The notes below the pieces were generated by a model that was not told the DNA's origin, searched no databases, and was given only the letters and a program-made list of their open reading frames with translations. Positions 29,939 through 39,859 of a stretch of DNA of 64,000 nucleotides are shown here, one piece after another; position 1 is the stretch's first letter, and every line of letters begins with the position of its first letter. Source of the DNA: Candidatus Versatilivoraceae bacterium (GTDB lineage: Bacteria; Acidobacteriota; Terriglobia; Versatilivoradales; Versatilivoraceae); the NCBI GenBank assembly GCA_965197895.1, contig OZ240232.1:228211-292210 (forward strand). Direction: 5' to 3'. Made by a program: the position numbers and the translations under genes.

Positions 29939-31063
29939 ATGGCAAACTTGCAAAACATTCTTAAGCACAAGGTGCGGGAAGGCGAGCTCTACGAGCGGAT
30001 CGACGAGAAAAGAATCCGTTGTTACGCCTGCGGACACTGTTGCCCCATTCCTGACGGCCATTTGGGTGTTTGCCGGGTCCGATTCAATCGGGGCGGCAAA
30101 TTGTGGGTTCCTTGGGGTTACGTTGGAGGGGTGCAGTGCGATCCGATCGAAAAGAAACCTTTCTTTCATGCTTTCCCCGGAGCGCTGGCCTACAGCTTTG
30201 GAATGCTGGGTTGCGACCTGCACTGCGGCTACTGTCAGAACTGGGTAACTTCCCAGGCATTACGAGATCCGGCGGCAGTGGCGCCCCCTCGCAGAGCCAC
30301 GCCGCAGGCGCTGGCCAGGGCCGCCGTGAGGCAACGTGCCCGGGTGATCGTGAGCACCTACAACGAGCCTCTGATCACCAGCGAGTGGGCGGTGGCGGTG
30401 TTCAAAGAGGCCCGCAAGGAGGGCTTGATTACCGGGTTCGTCTCCAACGGCAACGGCACCCCCCAGGTGCTGGATTACCTGCGGCCCTGGGTGGACCTCT
30501 ACAAGGTGGATCTGAAAAGTTTTGGCGACCGCCAGTACCGCAAGTTGGGGGGACGGCTGAAGCCTATCCTGGAAACCATCTGGAGCCTGTTTCAACAAGG
30601 ATTCTGGTTGGAGATCGTGACCCTGTTGATTTCCGGCTTCAACGATTCAGAGGATGAAGTCCGGCAGATCGCGGCTTTCCTGGCAGCCGTGTCTCCCGAT
30701 ATTCCCTGGCACGTGACGGCTTTTCACCAGGATTACAAGATGACCGATCCCGCCAATACCAGTGCGGAGATGCTGGTGCGGGCGGCTGAAATTGGGAAGG
30801 AAGAGGGGTTGCGCTTCGTCTACGCCGGTAACCTGCCGGGTCGGGTGGGAGATTTGGAGAACACGCGTTGCCCGGATTGCCAGGCTCTATTGATCGAGAG
30901 GTTTGGTTACCTGATTATGGGTTACCACTTGACTCCGGAGGGTTGCTGTCCCGACTGCGGTCTGGCCATTCCCGGGCGCTGGGCCGAATCTTTCCAAGGC
31001 CAGGTGGCCGCCCATCCCTTCCTGCCTTCACGGGGAATGAACCCGCCCCCGGCGCCTTCCTGA
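29939..31063 (+). CDS. AmmeMemoRadiSam-system radical SAM enzyme
   Basis: N-terminal Cys cluster RCYACGHCCPIPDGHLGVCRVRFNRGGKL. Radical-SAM CGYCQNW motif. C-terminal CPDC...CPDCG cluster. Confidence 0.8.
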   Translation: MANLQNILKHKVREGELYERIDEKRIRCYACGHCCPIPDGHLGVCRVRFNRGGKLWVPWGYVGGVQCDPIEKKPFFHAFPGALAYSFGMLGCDLHCGYCQNWVTSQALRDPAAVAPPRRATPQALARAAVRQRARVIVSTYNEPLITSEWAVAVFKEARKEGLITGFVSNGNGTPQVLDYLRPWVDLYKVDLKSFGDRQYRKLGGRLKPILETIWSLFQQGFWLEIVTLLISGFNDSEDEVRQIAAFLAAVSPDIPWHVTAFHQDYKMTDPANTSAEMLVRAAEIGKEEGLRFVYAGNLPGRVGDLENTRCPDCQALLIERFGYLIMGYHLTPEGCCPDCGLAIPGRWAESFQGQVAAHPFLPSRGMNPPPAPS

Positions 31064-31218
31064 GCTGAAAACCGACCGATAATTGAAAGCTGGCCAAGCG
31101 TCCGCTGCCGCCGCCGGCCGCTAGCTTGCTTGAACCGCAACGAAGTTGACAGATGAGTCAAGTTTCAGGCACCAGCAAACAGCTACAAGCTCGGCGGTCT
31201 GAAGCCGAGCCTCGCTAG

Positions 31219-31749
31219 TCGACACCTCCCCGGATACCTGCAGCACCCTTGCCACCACCCGCATGTCGCTGCTAGCGTGGCTACGGAGCTTGGTTTCTGT
31301 ATCTCACATCGATAGACAGGATGGACAGGATGAACCAGATGGTTTTCTGTCTCTATTATCCTGTCCATCCTGTTCATCCATGTTCCATTTCATCGATCCA
31401 TAATCTTCCACAGGTCATGCAGCAAGCGCAGGGTCTTTCCGAAGACATCAATCAGCAGTTTGCTAAAGGTTAGCCTTGCCCCCGCCCCATACGACGGGGC
31501 GGATCATTCGAGGAAAAACGGCTGATCGTTAATGAAGACGAACCACGAATGGACACGAATAGACCAGAAGACAGATGGGCCTCCTTCAACGACAAGCGGC
31601 ACCAAAATGCATCTGCAATTTTGTGACCTTGGTGCAGCCCTTGGTGTCCTTCGTGTCCATTCGTGTCCCTTCGTGGTTCTTCGTGCCCCTTCGTGGATTT
31701 CTTTTTTTTGGCCTTGGTGGATAACCCCTCAATTGGTTTCAGGTAAGCC
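31219..31749 (+). mobile_element. 531-bp non-coding insertion flanked by 23-bp direct repeats (GGTCTGARGCMGAGCCTCGCTAG) that duplicate the BNR-gene stop codon
   Basis: DRs at 31196-31218 and 31750-31772. The interior holds a TIR-TIR hairpin of the 9-mer-iteron MITE (31296-31400) and a CACGAAGG-type iteron block (31600-31700). Confidence 0.6.
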
Positions 31750-31768
31750 GGTCTGAGGCAGAGCCTCG

Positions 31769-34700
31769 CTAGAGTTCCAACGCCGGCAATCCTGCGTCGC
31801 GGACCAGTTGGTTGAAGGATGCCGCCTCGCCCTGGCACAACTCCCGGAGTCGGGAGAGCTGAACGTCGATCTGGGCGCAGAGGTGGTCGAAAACGTCGTA
31901 GGCCTGTTTGGGCGGGGCGGCATCGGCAATGCCGACCACACTCACCAGTCCGCCCAGTTTGGCGTTTAAGCGGACCGGATAGCGCAGGCGGTCGAAGGGG
32001 GTTTTGTCTTTCGTCTGAATCAATGCGTTCTCGATGGATTTCAATTGATCCCGGACATCATTGGCCTTATCGGAGATCTGCCGCGACTTGTCCTGGTCGG
32101 ATTTGTCCAGTTCCTTAGCGCGCCGTGACCACTCGTCCGTTTGCTGCTGCAAGCGCCGTGTGCGGTTGATGGCGCCGTTGGTTTCCGACAGCTTGTCGCG
32201 GATTTTGGTCCACAGTTCGAACTGGGCCTGGAAGTCGGCCGGCGTGGCTGTCACCCGCGGGTCCTTGAGAATATCGAAGGATTCCGTCTGGGTCTGTCCG
32301 CCCAGGGTGAGACGGACTTGATAGGTCCCGGGAGGGGCCAGGGGACCGTTCCCGCTCTTCTCCTGCGAGCCCAGGAGAGTGGGTTCGGCTTTCTTGTGTT
32401 CCTCGACTTTCTCGGCATCGGGGTAGCGCATATCCCAGACGAAGCGGTTCAGGCCGGCCTGGGCGGTGAGGTAGCGGTCCGGCTTGGAGGTGTCTTCCTC
32501 TCGGTCCTCTTCCTCCGACTCTTCCAATTTATTGGCGAAGCTCTTGACTGCATAGCCGGCGGCATCGAGGAAGGTCAGCTCGACGGGCTCGGTGGGCGCC
32601 TGCCCCAGCAGGTAATAGACGATGACGCCTGGGGGAGGGTTTTGGCCGGAGTCGAGGTAGTGGCGGACGATTTCGCCCTCCGGAGTCTCTTCCTGGGTGT
32701 AGCCGGCGTTGGCGCCCAGGCCCAGCATATAGTTCTTACCTTTTCCGGCGAATAGATTCAGGCTCCAGTGCAGCAGGGTACGGTAGGTGGGTCGTGGCGG
32801 GAACAAATGAGTCGCGGCCTGGGCTCCTTCGGGACCCAACCGGCGCAGCGGTGTCAGATCGTCGAGGACCCAGAAGGATCGGCCGTGGGTACCGGCCACC
32901 AGGTCGGAGTCTTTGATTTTGAGGTCGTAGACGGGTACCACCGGGAGGTTGTTTCGCAGCACCTGCCAGTGTTGCCCGTCGTCGAAGGACACGAAGACGC
33001 CCGTCTCGGTGCCCACGAAGAGCAGTCCCGGGCAAATGGGGTCGGCTCTGACCACCCGGGTGATTTGGGCCTGGGGGAAGTCGCCGTTGATGCTCCTCCA
33101 GCTCCGGCCGTAGTCCTCGGTCTTGTAGAGGTAGGGACGGTAGTCGTCCAGCTTGTAGCGGGTGGCGGAGACATAGGCCGAAGCCGGGTCGTGGGGGGAG
33201 ACTTCGACGCAACCCACATAGGCCCAATCCGGCAGTTCGGGGGGAGTCCTGTTGTTCCAATGGTCGCCGCCGTCTCGCGAGAGGTGAACCAGTCCATCGT
33301 CGGTCCCGGCCCAGAACACGCCCTTTTCGTGGGCCGATTCCACAAAGGTAGAGAGGGTGGCGTATTGCTCGGCCCCGCTGACGTCCTTGGTAATGGGGCC
33401 GCCGGAAGCCTCCAGCTTGCTGGGGTCGGCCCGGGACAGGTCCGGACTGATGGCTTGCCAACTGCTGCCCCCGTCGAGACTGCGGAAAAGGATGTTGCCG
33501 CCGGCATAGAGCACGTTGGCGTCGTGCGGTGAAATGGCAATGGGGAAGGTCCAGGCAAAGCGGTATTTGAGGTTCTTGGGCGCCCAGCCCGTCGACTCTT
33601 CGGGCCAGACGTTCACCAGGCGGATCTGCCTGGTTTTGCGATCATAGCGCTGCATCACGCCGTTGCCGCCCGGGGAGCTTCCGACGGCACCCAGGTAGAC
33701 AACGTCAGGATTTTGGGGATGCACCGCGATAAAACCGCTTTCTCCGGTACCAGGCGAAAAGCAGTGGCTCCAGGCGATGGCGCCGTACTCGGTGGCGCTG
33801 GGAACGCAAATACTGGCGTTGTCCTGCTGGGTGGCATAGACGCGGTAGGGGAACTGGTTGTCGATGTCGATGCGATAGAGCTGTGCCGTGAGCTGATTGT
33901 AGATGGTCGACCAACTCTGGCCGCCGTTGAAGGAGACACAGGCACCGCCGTCGTTCCCCTGCACCAGATGCCTGGGATCACGGGGATCGATCCACAAGTC
34001 GTGGTTATCGCCGTGGGGCGTGGTCACCTGGGCAAAGTGACGGCCGCCGTCAGTGGACTTCCACATCTTCAGGTTGGTGACGTAGACGGTGTCAGCCTGC
34101 TGCGGGTCGGCGAAGACGTGGCAGTAGTACCAGGGCCGGTGCATCAGGTCGCGGTTGTCGCTGACCCGCTGCCACTCTTGTCCGCCGTCATCCGACCGGT
34201 AGAGGCCTTCCTGCTCCGCTTCCACAATCGCCCAGACGCGGTCCGCCTGCGCCGGCGAGACGGCGACGCCGATCTTGCCCTTGATGCCCTTGGGTAGACC
34301 TTGGTTGTTGCTGATCTCGGTCCAGGTGTCGCCTCCGTCGGTGGATTTAAAGAGTCCGCTATCGGGCCCGCCGCTGGACAGAGACCAGAAGTTGCGATAG
34401 GCCTCCCAGATGGAGGCGTAGAGCAGGCGCGGGTTGTTGGGGTCCATGGCCAGGTCCACCGCACCGGCTTTGTCGCTGCGGTAGAGCACCTTTTCCCAGG
34501 TCCGGCCGCCGTCATCCGAGCGGTAGACGCCGCGTTCCGGGTTGGGGCCGAAGGCGTGTCCCAGAGCAGCTACGTAGACCAGGTCGGGATTGTGCGGATG
34601 GATGCGAATTTCGCCGATGTGGTGGGTTTCCTCAAGTCCCATGTGAGTCCAGGTTTTGCCTGCGTCGGTGGATTTGTAGAGGCCGTCCCCATAGGACACG

Positions 34701-34990
34701 TCCAGGCGGATGGTCGTTTCACCGGTGCCGGCGTAGATGACGTTGGGGTCGGAAGCGGCCACCGCCAGGGCGCCAATAGAGGCCGTGTTGAAGAAGCCGT
34801 CGGAGACGTTTTCCCAGTAAGTGCCACCGTCGGTGGTCTTCCATACTCCGCCGGCTACGGCGCCGAAGTAGGCGGTCATGGAGTTGACGGGGTCACCGGC
34901 CACGGCCACCACCCGACCGCCGCGCGGCGGGCCGATGCAGCGCCATTTGAGGTCTTGTAGCAGGCTTGGATCGTAGGGGGGGGTGCTCAT
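31769..34990 (-). CDS. BNR/Asp-box repeat protein (VPS10/sortilin- or GH74-like beta-propellers)
   Basis: 1073 aa from ATG 34990 (GGGAG SD). Many S-x-D-x-G-x-T-W Asp-boxes (KTTDGGTYW, STDAGKTW, SDDGGRTW, STDGGDTW, SLDGGSSW...). No obvious signal peptide. Confidence 0.8.
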   Translation of the reverse strand: MSTPPYDPSLLQDLKWRCIGPPRGGRVVAVAGDPVNSMTAYFGAVAGGVWKTTDGGTYWENVSDGFFNTASIGALAVAASDPNVIYAGTGETTIRLDVSYGDGLYKSTDAGKTWTHMGLEETHHIGEIRIHPHNPDLVYVAALGHAFGPNPERGVYRSDDGGRTWEKVLYRSDKAGAVDLAMDPNNPRLLYASIWEAYRNFWSLSSGGPDSGLFKSTDGGDTWTEISNNQGLPKGIKGKIGVAVSPAQADRVWAIVEAEQEGLYRSDDGGQEWQRVSDNRDLMHRPWYYCHVFADPQQADTVYVTNLKMWKSTDGGRHFAQVTTPHGDNHDLWIDPRDPRHLVQGNDGGACVSFNGGQSWSTIYNQLTAQLYRIDIDNQFPYRVYATQQDNASICVPSATEYGAIAWSHCFSPGTGESGFIAVHPQNPDVVYLGAVGSSPGGNGVMQRYDRKTRQIRLVNVWPEESTGWAPKNLKYRFAWTFPIAISPHDANVLYAGGNILFRSLDGGSSWQAISPDLSRADPSKLEASGGPITKDVSGAEQYATLSTFVESAHEKGVFWAGTDDGLVHLSRDGGDHWNNRTPPELPDWAYVGCVEVSPHDPASAYVSATRYKLDDYRPYLYKTEDYGRSWRSINGDFPQAQITRVVRADPICPGLLFVGTETGVFVSFDDGQHWQVLRNNLPVVPVYDLKIKDSDLVAGTHGRSFWVLDDLTPLRRLGPEGAQAATHLFPPRPTYRTLLHWSLNLFAGKGKNYMLGLGANAGYTQEETPEGEIVRHYLDSGQNPPPGVIVYYLLGQAPTEPVELTFLDAAGYAVKSFANKLEESEEEDREEDTSKPDRYLTAQAGLNRFVWDMRYPDAEKVEEHKKAEPTLLGSQEKSGNGPLAPPGTYQVRLTLGGQTQTESFDILKDPRVTATPADFQAQFELWTKIRDKLSETNGAINRTRRLQQQTDEWSRRAKELDKSDQDKSRQISDKANDVRDQLKSIENALIQTKDKTPFDRLRYPVRLNAKLGGLVSVVGIADAAPPKQAYDVFDHLCAQIDVQLSRLRELCQGEAASFNQLVRDAGLPALEL

Positions 34991-35082
34991 GAGCTTGGCT
35001 CCCTTCTGAGGGCGGGCGCCCCGCATGGCCGCGGGGCCGCCGGATAAGTGACGGGGACCATTATATATTTACTGTCGTGCCA

Positions 35083-35325
35083 GCCCGCATTTCTCACCGG
35101 GGGGCGTGATCATGGCGTAGGATTTTCCGCTTCAGCGCGTGCTCGTGACCGAAGAGCGTAGCCGGAACTACGTTCGAGGGAGCACGTGCGCGCTGAAGGG
35201 GAAAAGACAAGCCAGGGTGCGCCCAGCGTCGTGTGTAACTGCAAGCCCTCAATATAAGAGCAATAAGCTGCTGAAGACAACCTGCTTTTCATGACGTGTC
35301 CAGCGACCCGGTGAGAAATGCGGGC
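35083..35325 (+). mobile_element. 243-bp MITE with perfect 18-bp TIRs GCCCGCATTTCTCACCGG and an internal imperfect palindrome
   Basis: TIRs at 35083-35100 and 35308-35325. A second copy at 42055-43164 carries a group II intron. Confidence 0.75.
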
Positions 35326-35330
35326 TAACG

Positions 35331-37732
35331 TTACCAGTACCAGCGGACCTTGGCGGACAAGGTGCGGGGCTGCACCACGCGGGTCCCCACAAAGACCGAT
35401 TGGAAGTTGTAGAGCGCCGTCCTGTCGGTCAGGTTGGCCACCTGAAAAACGAGGTCCCAAACACGGCGGTCGCCGCGAATATGCCGGTAGCCGACGGTCG
35501 CGTCCACGATCGTCCTGGCCTTCATCCGAGGGGGCTCCGAGGTCAGGTTCACCAGGGGCAGTTGGTCGAAGTAGTCGGGATCCCGGGCCACCTCGGCCGG
35601 GTCGGAAGGGTTGGGCACCAGGCCGCTGTCGTAGCGAACCTGCCAGCTCGTCCACCAGTTCTTTCGCGGACGGTAGGTCAGCAAACCGCTGACCGCCAGT
35701 TTCTGGTCGTGGTCGATCACAAAAGGCCCCTCACTCAAGAGGCCCAGCGCGGCGCTGCCCAGAAAGAGTCCTCCGGTAAAGGGCGGGGTGACGACCACGT
35801 GATAGTGGGTGGTGCTGACCGACCCGCTGAAACGGCGAATTTCCGGAAGGGTGAGACGGGTTTCGAAGCCGTTGACGTTGGAGCCAGCCAGCGAGGTCGG
35901 GAAGATGATCCCGGTATTGAGGAAATTGTCGTTGTCCTGCAGATCGCGGGAATCCTTGTGGTAGAACACCGCGTTCAGGCTGGCCCGGTCGGCCAGTTTC
36001 TGCTGCAGCCCCACCTCGTAGACGTTCTGGCGCTGTGGGCCGATCGGGATGACGCCGCCGTTCAGGTCGCGCCTCACATTCGGCGGGGCCAGGCGCCCGG
36101 CCGCGGCCGAGTTGGACAGCAGCAGATTTTCGTTGGGCGGGGTCTGATAGTTCCGATTGTAGGAAGCCCTCAGAACGGTCCCGGTCTCTCTGAGGTGAAA
36201 GGCCAGACCGAGCCGCGGCTGGAGTTGAGCTCCCACCGTCACAAAGCGGTAGCGGTCATAGCGCCCGCCAGGTTGAGCTGGAACCGGCCCAGTTTGATAC
36301 GGTCCTGCAGGAAGAGGGTCTGCAGTTGGCCGGCGCCCTTGTCGGAAAACCGGAACCAATGCCCCCCTCGGGTGAGGTCGAAGGAAGCCAGGTTGGGGTT
36401 GAAATCCCGCGACCCGGGATGGTTGAAGCCGGGGTCGGTGATTCCGAAGAAGAAATTCTCGCTGACCGGAAAATACTGGTAGTCGAATCCGATTCTCCAT
36501 TGATGGCGGCCGCGCAGGATGTTGAAGCGGTTGAAGGTGGAGAAGGTCGAAAGATGCCGGGCCAGTGAGGCCGTCACCGGGGTGTCTGCGGCGCTGGGGA
36601 ACAGTTGGGCCACCGTGGTTCGGTAGGAGGTGGTGGAATCGAAGGTAGTCGAGGGGGAGATCAGCCGAACCCACCCCAGTGAAACTGCCGCATCGCGCAG
36701 GTGGCGCCTCTGTTGCTGGCCGTTCCGATGCTGAGACCTCAAGTTGGCCAACTGGAAGGAGGAGCGTCCGGCCAGCAGGCTCAGCCGAAGATTGTCTTTC
36801 GGGGTGGCGTGGGAGTCCAGCCGAAGGAAACCGCGTTCGGCGTTGCCGCCGTTGTGAAGATTATCGAGAGAGGGGCTGTCGAGGAAGCGGTTGCTCTTCA
36901 CCGCGGAGACGGAGGCGAAGTAGCCCAGGTTTTCCCTGGCCCCGCCGAGCTGCAGGATCGCCGAGCCGGTGTCGAACTGTCCCCCACCGAGTTCGAGCAT
37001 CCCGAAGGCATCGCCCCCCCCGTCAAAGCCTGAATGGGTGGTGATGTTGGCCACTCCCGAAATCTTGCTGCCATAGTCTGGAGGAATGTCCCCCGTGTAG
37101 AGCTCAAGGGATTGCACCATCGATGGATCGATCGAGGTGGCGAAAGAACCGGTGAATTGATCGCTGATCGGCATGCCGTCGATCACATAGGTCATCTGAT
37201 TGTGGGCCCCGCGCGGATGAACAGCCCCGTTGGCGTTGGCGGCAAAACCGGGCAAGGTGAGCAGGATCCCTTCCAGCCCGCGGGCTCCGGCCTGGACAGG
37301 CATCTCCTCGATGGCTTTGCGGTTGAGCTCGGTGCGGGTTCCGGTGGCCTCGGTATCGATCAGCGTCATTCGCTCTACCAGAGAGACCTCAATGGCCTCC
37401 TGCTGAGTAGCCAGCGAGAGCCGGATAGGGGTGAGGACGGGAAGGTTGGAGCGAAGATGGACGGCCTCGGTGTGGGTGGCGAAGCCGGAGTGGCTTACTT
37501 GCAGCTCGTAGGTTTGAAATGGAATGTTGAGAACCTGAAAGGAACCATCCGATTCGGTGGCGGTTTGGCGCTCGAATCCGGTCAGGAGGTTGGTCAAGCG
37601 AACGGTGGCTCCGGACACGGAGGCTCCAAGCGGATCGACCACGGTTCCGCCCAGTTGTGCCGTTGCCTGAGCCCCGGCCGGCCAGGGAACGGTCAAAATC
37701 AACAAGATTCCCAAAAGGATCGAATAGACCAT
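35331..37732 (-). pseudogene. TonB-dependent receptor (CarboxypepD_reg + plug + barrel) with a -1 frameshift near 36262
   Basis: N-part 36239..37732 (signal MVYSILLGILLILTVPWPAGAQA, TVVDPLGASVSGATVRLTN...). C-part 35331..~36260 ends in an aromatic C-terminus. The two frames join as ...FQLNLAGA|YDRYRFVTVG. This may be a sequencing error. Confidence 0.75.
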
Positions 37733-38009
37733 TGCTTGGAACTGCCCCGATTCGATCGCGGGCGACAGGGAGCTTCCCTGGCTGGACGGTTGCCGGGGAG
37801 CACCCGGGAAACGCCGCCTCGGGCTGCTCCGCCGCACCCCCCTGCCCTCCTTGAGCCACCGGGCCGAATCCCTTCCCCTGAAGCATGATTGCCCGCCTGT
37901 TGGCGCAAGCTTTTGCAAGCTTAAAATAAAGTTTAGATAAGGCTAAATATCTTGTCAACGCTTTTGTTCACAGGATGGAGGAGGATCTGCACCGATAGAT
38001 CGTCTGTGG

Positions 38010-39215
38010 TCAGGCCGTGACCAGAGAAAGGAGCCAGCCCAGGACCCCGCCCCCGACCACAATCCAGGCCAGGTTGACTTTCCAGCGAAGACCGATGAGG
38101 ATGGCTGCCAAGGCAATGAGCCAGGCCGGCCAGGCGGTGAGAGTGGCCTGGCCCAGCTTCACGGTGACGGCCGCCATCAGTGCCACGGCGCTGACGTTGA
38201 CCGAATCCAGGAAGGCTGAGGTCCATCGGGACTGGCGCAGGCGAGGCACCCAGGGATTGATGAGGGCTACGAAGAGGAAGGATGGAGCGAAAATGCCGGT
38301 GGTCGCCACCGCCGAGCCCGGAATTCCGCCGATCATGTAACCGATGAAGGTGGCGGTGGAAAGGACGGGTCCGGGTGTGAATTGACCGATGGCGATGGCG
38401 TCCAAGAGTTGGCGCTGAGTCAGCCAGCCGTATTCGTGTACCAGACCGCCCTGCAGAAAAGCGACCAGCACGTAACCGCTTCCATAGAGCACGGCGCCGA
38501 CTTTCAGGAAGAAGAGGCCCAGCGCCCACAACGAGGCCGGCGCCGCTCCCGCCCCGCCGGCTCCCACCATGGCCGCCAGCAGGATCTGCGACTTCGCGCC
38601 CAGCCACTGGCCCAACCAGGTTACCGCAAGGATCGGGAGGATCTTTCCCCGTTGGGAGCGAACCGCCTGGGGCAGCCGCAACCAGAGCATGCCGGCAACG
38701 CCGCCGATCAGCAGTGCCGCGACCTCGTTGACCTGGAGCAGGGAGGCGATCAAAACGCCACCGCCGATGACCCCCAACGACCAGGTCTTACAAGCCTTGT
38801 TCCCCAGCCTCCACACCGACAGGGCAATGACCGCCAAGACGGCGGGCTTGATTCCGAGCAACCAGGGTGCAACCTGCGGAAGCTGTCCGAACCCGACGTA
38901 GATCCAGGCCAGGCCGGCGGTCAAGCCGACGGCAGGAAGAATGAAGCAGATTCCTGCAACCGCCAGGCCGCTCCAACCGGCTCTGACGTAGCCGAGATGG
39001 ATGGCCATCTCGGTTGAGTTCGGACCTGGGATCAGGTTGGTGGCCCCCAGCAGATCCAGGAAGCGTTCCCGTTTCAGCCAGGCTCGGCGAGCCACCACCT
39101 CTTCTTCCATCATGGCGATATGGGCTGCCGGCCCCCCAAAGCCCAGGACACCCAGCTTCAGGAAGACCAGCGCCAGTTCCTTGAGGCGGGCGAGGTTGCT
39201 TTCGTTCGGGGTCAT
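38010..39215 (-). CDS. chrA: chromate transporter (CHR family, fused two-domain form)
   Basis: Has LKLGVLGFGGPAAHIAMMEEEVV and a second FLKVGAVLYGSGYVLVAFLQ half-repeat. Confidence 0.85.
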   Translation of the reverse strand: MTPNESNLARLKELALVFLKLGVLGFGGPAAHIAMMEEEVVARRAWLKRERFLDLLGATNLIPGPNSTEMAIHLGYVRAGWSGLAVAGICFILPAVGLTAGLAWIYVGFGQLPQVAPWLLGIKPAVLAVIALSVWRLGNKACKTWSLGVIGGGVLIASLLQVNEVAALLIGGVAGMLWLRLPQAVRSQRGKILPILAVTWLGQWLGAKSQILLAAMVGAGGAGAAPASLWALGLFFLKVGAVLYGSGYVLVAFLQGGLVHEYGWLTQRQLLDAIAIGQFTPGPVLSTATFIGYMIGGIPGSAVATTGIFAPSFLFVALINPWVPRLRQSRWTSAFLDSVNVSAVALMAAVTVKLGQATLTAWPAWLIALAAILIGLRWKVNLAWIVVGGGVLGWLLSLVTA

Positions 39216-39339
39216 GGCCGAGGAATCAAAGGTCGGGCACAGGGCGGGAGGATGCTAACACAGATCCAGCCCATCTCAACGGGAAGAGGCTTGCCTGAAA
39301 CCAATTGAGGGGTTTATCCACAAAGGCCAAAAAAAGAAA

Positions 39340-39635
39340 TCCATGAAGGTGATCCACAAAGAGCACGAAGGGGAAAAGAGATATCCACGAAGGGGCACGA
39401 AGGACCACGAAGGGCCACTAAGGGGTTGGAGAAGGCTCAAGAGGGATCCGCCAAAGGTCGGGAAGGGGGAATAGATTTCCAGGAAGGGGCTGAAGTATCT
39501 GTCAAGGGGGTAAAAGATTAATCCGCGAAGGGACTCTAAGGGGTTGGAAAAGACTCGAAAGGGGTCTGTGAAGGACCACGAAGAAAGACACTAAGGAAAA
39601 AAGAAATCCACGAAGGACACGAAGTTGCACCAACG
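39340..39635. repeat. array of >=12 degenerate 8-9-mer direct repeats (CACGAAGG / CACTAAGG) at ~10-25-bp spacing
   Basis: Seen directly: cacgaagggg, cacgaagggg, cacgaagga, cacgaaggg, cactaagggg, ctctaagggg, cacgaagaa, cactaagga, cacgaagga, cacgaagtt. A shorter inverted block lies at 31600-31700. Confidence 0.7.
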
Positions 39636-39824
39636 TTGCGAAAATAATGTAGATTTTGGATCGCTTCAAACGCGGATCTGATCATTGAGCTAGTCAGCTT
39701 CCTGTGCAGCAACATTCTTATAGATTCCAATGGCGTTTATCTTCGTCCAGTACAGTCTATTACTGTCTTTATTATCATTGACTTATGTGAGTTCCGTCGT
39801 CGCTTGGCCAGCTTGCATCATCCC

Positions 39825-39859
39825 TTGCAATCCACTGGCATCCCCTATATAATAAGGGG
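39825..39859 (+). promoter_or_regulatory. second copy of the TTGCAA-17-TATAAT integrase promoter inside the CCCC-TATATAATA-AGGGG palindrome
   Basis: Same architecture as 7739-7773; ATG at 39860. Confidence 0.55.

Noticed and set aside
39340-39635. Possible CRISPR array (regular CACGAAGG repeats)
   Set aside because: The repeats are only 8-9 nt, the spacing is irregular (10-25 nt), and there is no cas gene. They fit iterons or arm-type binding sites instead.
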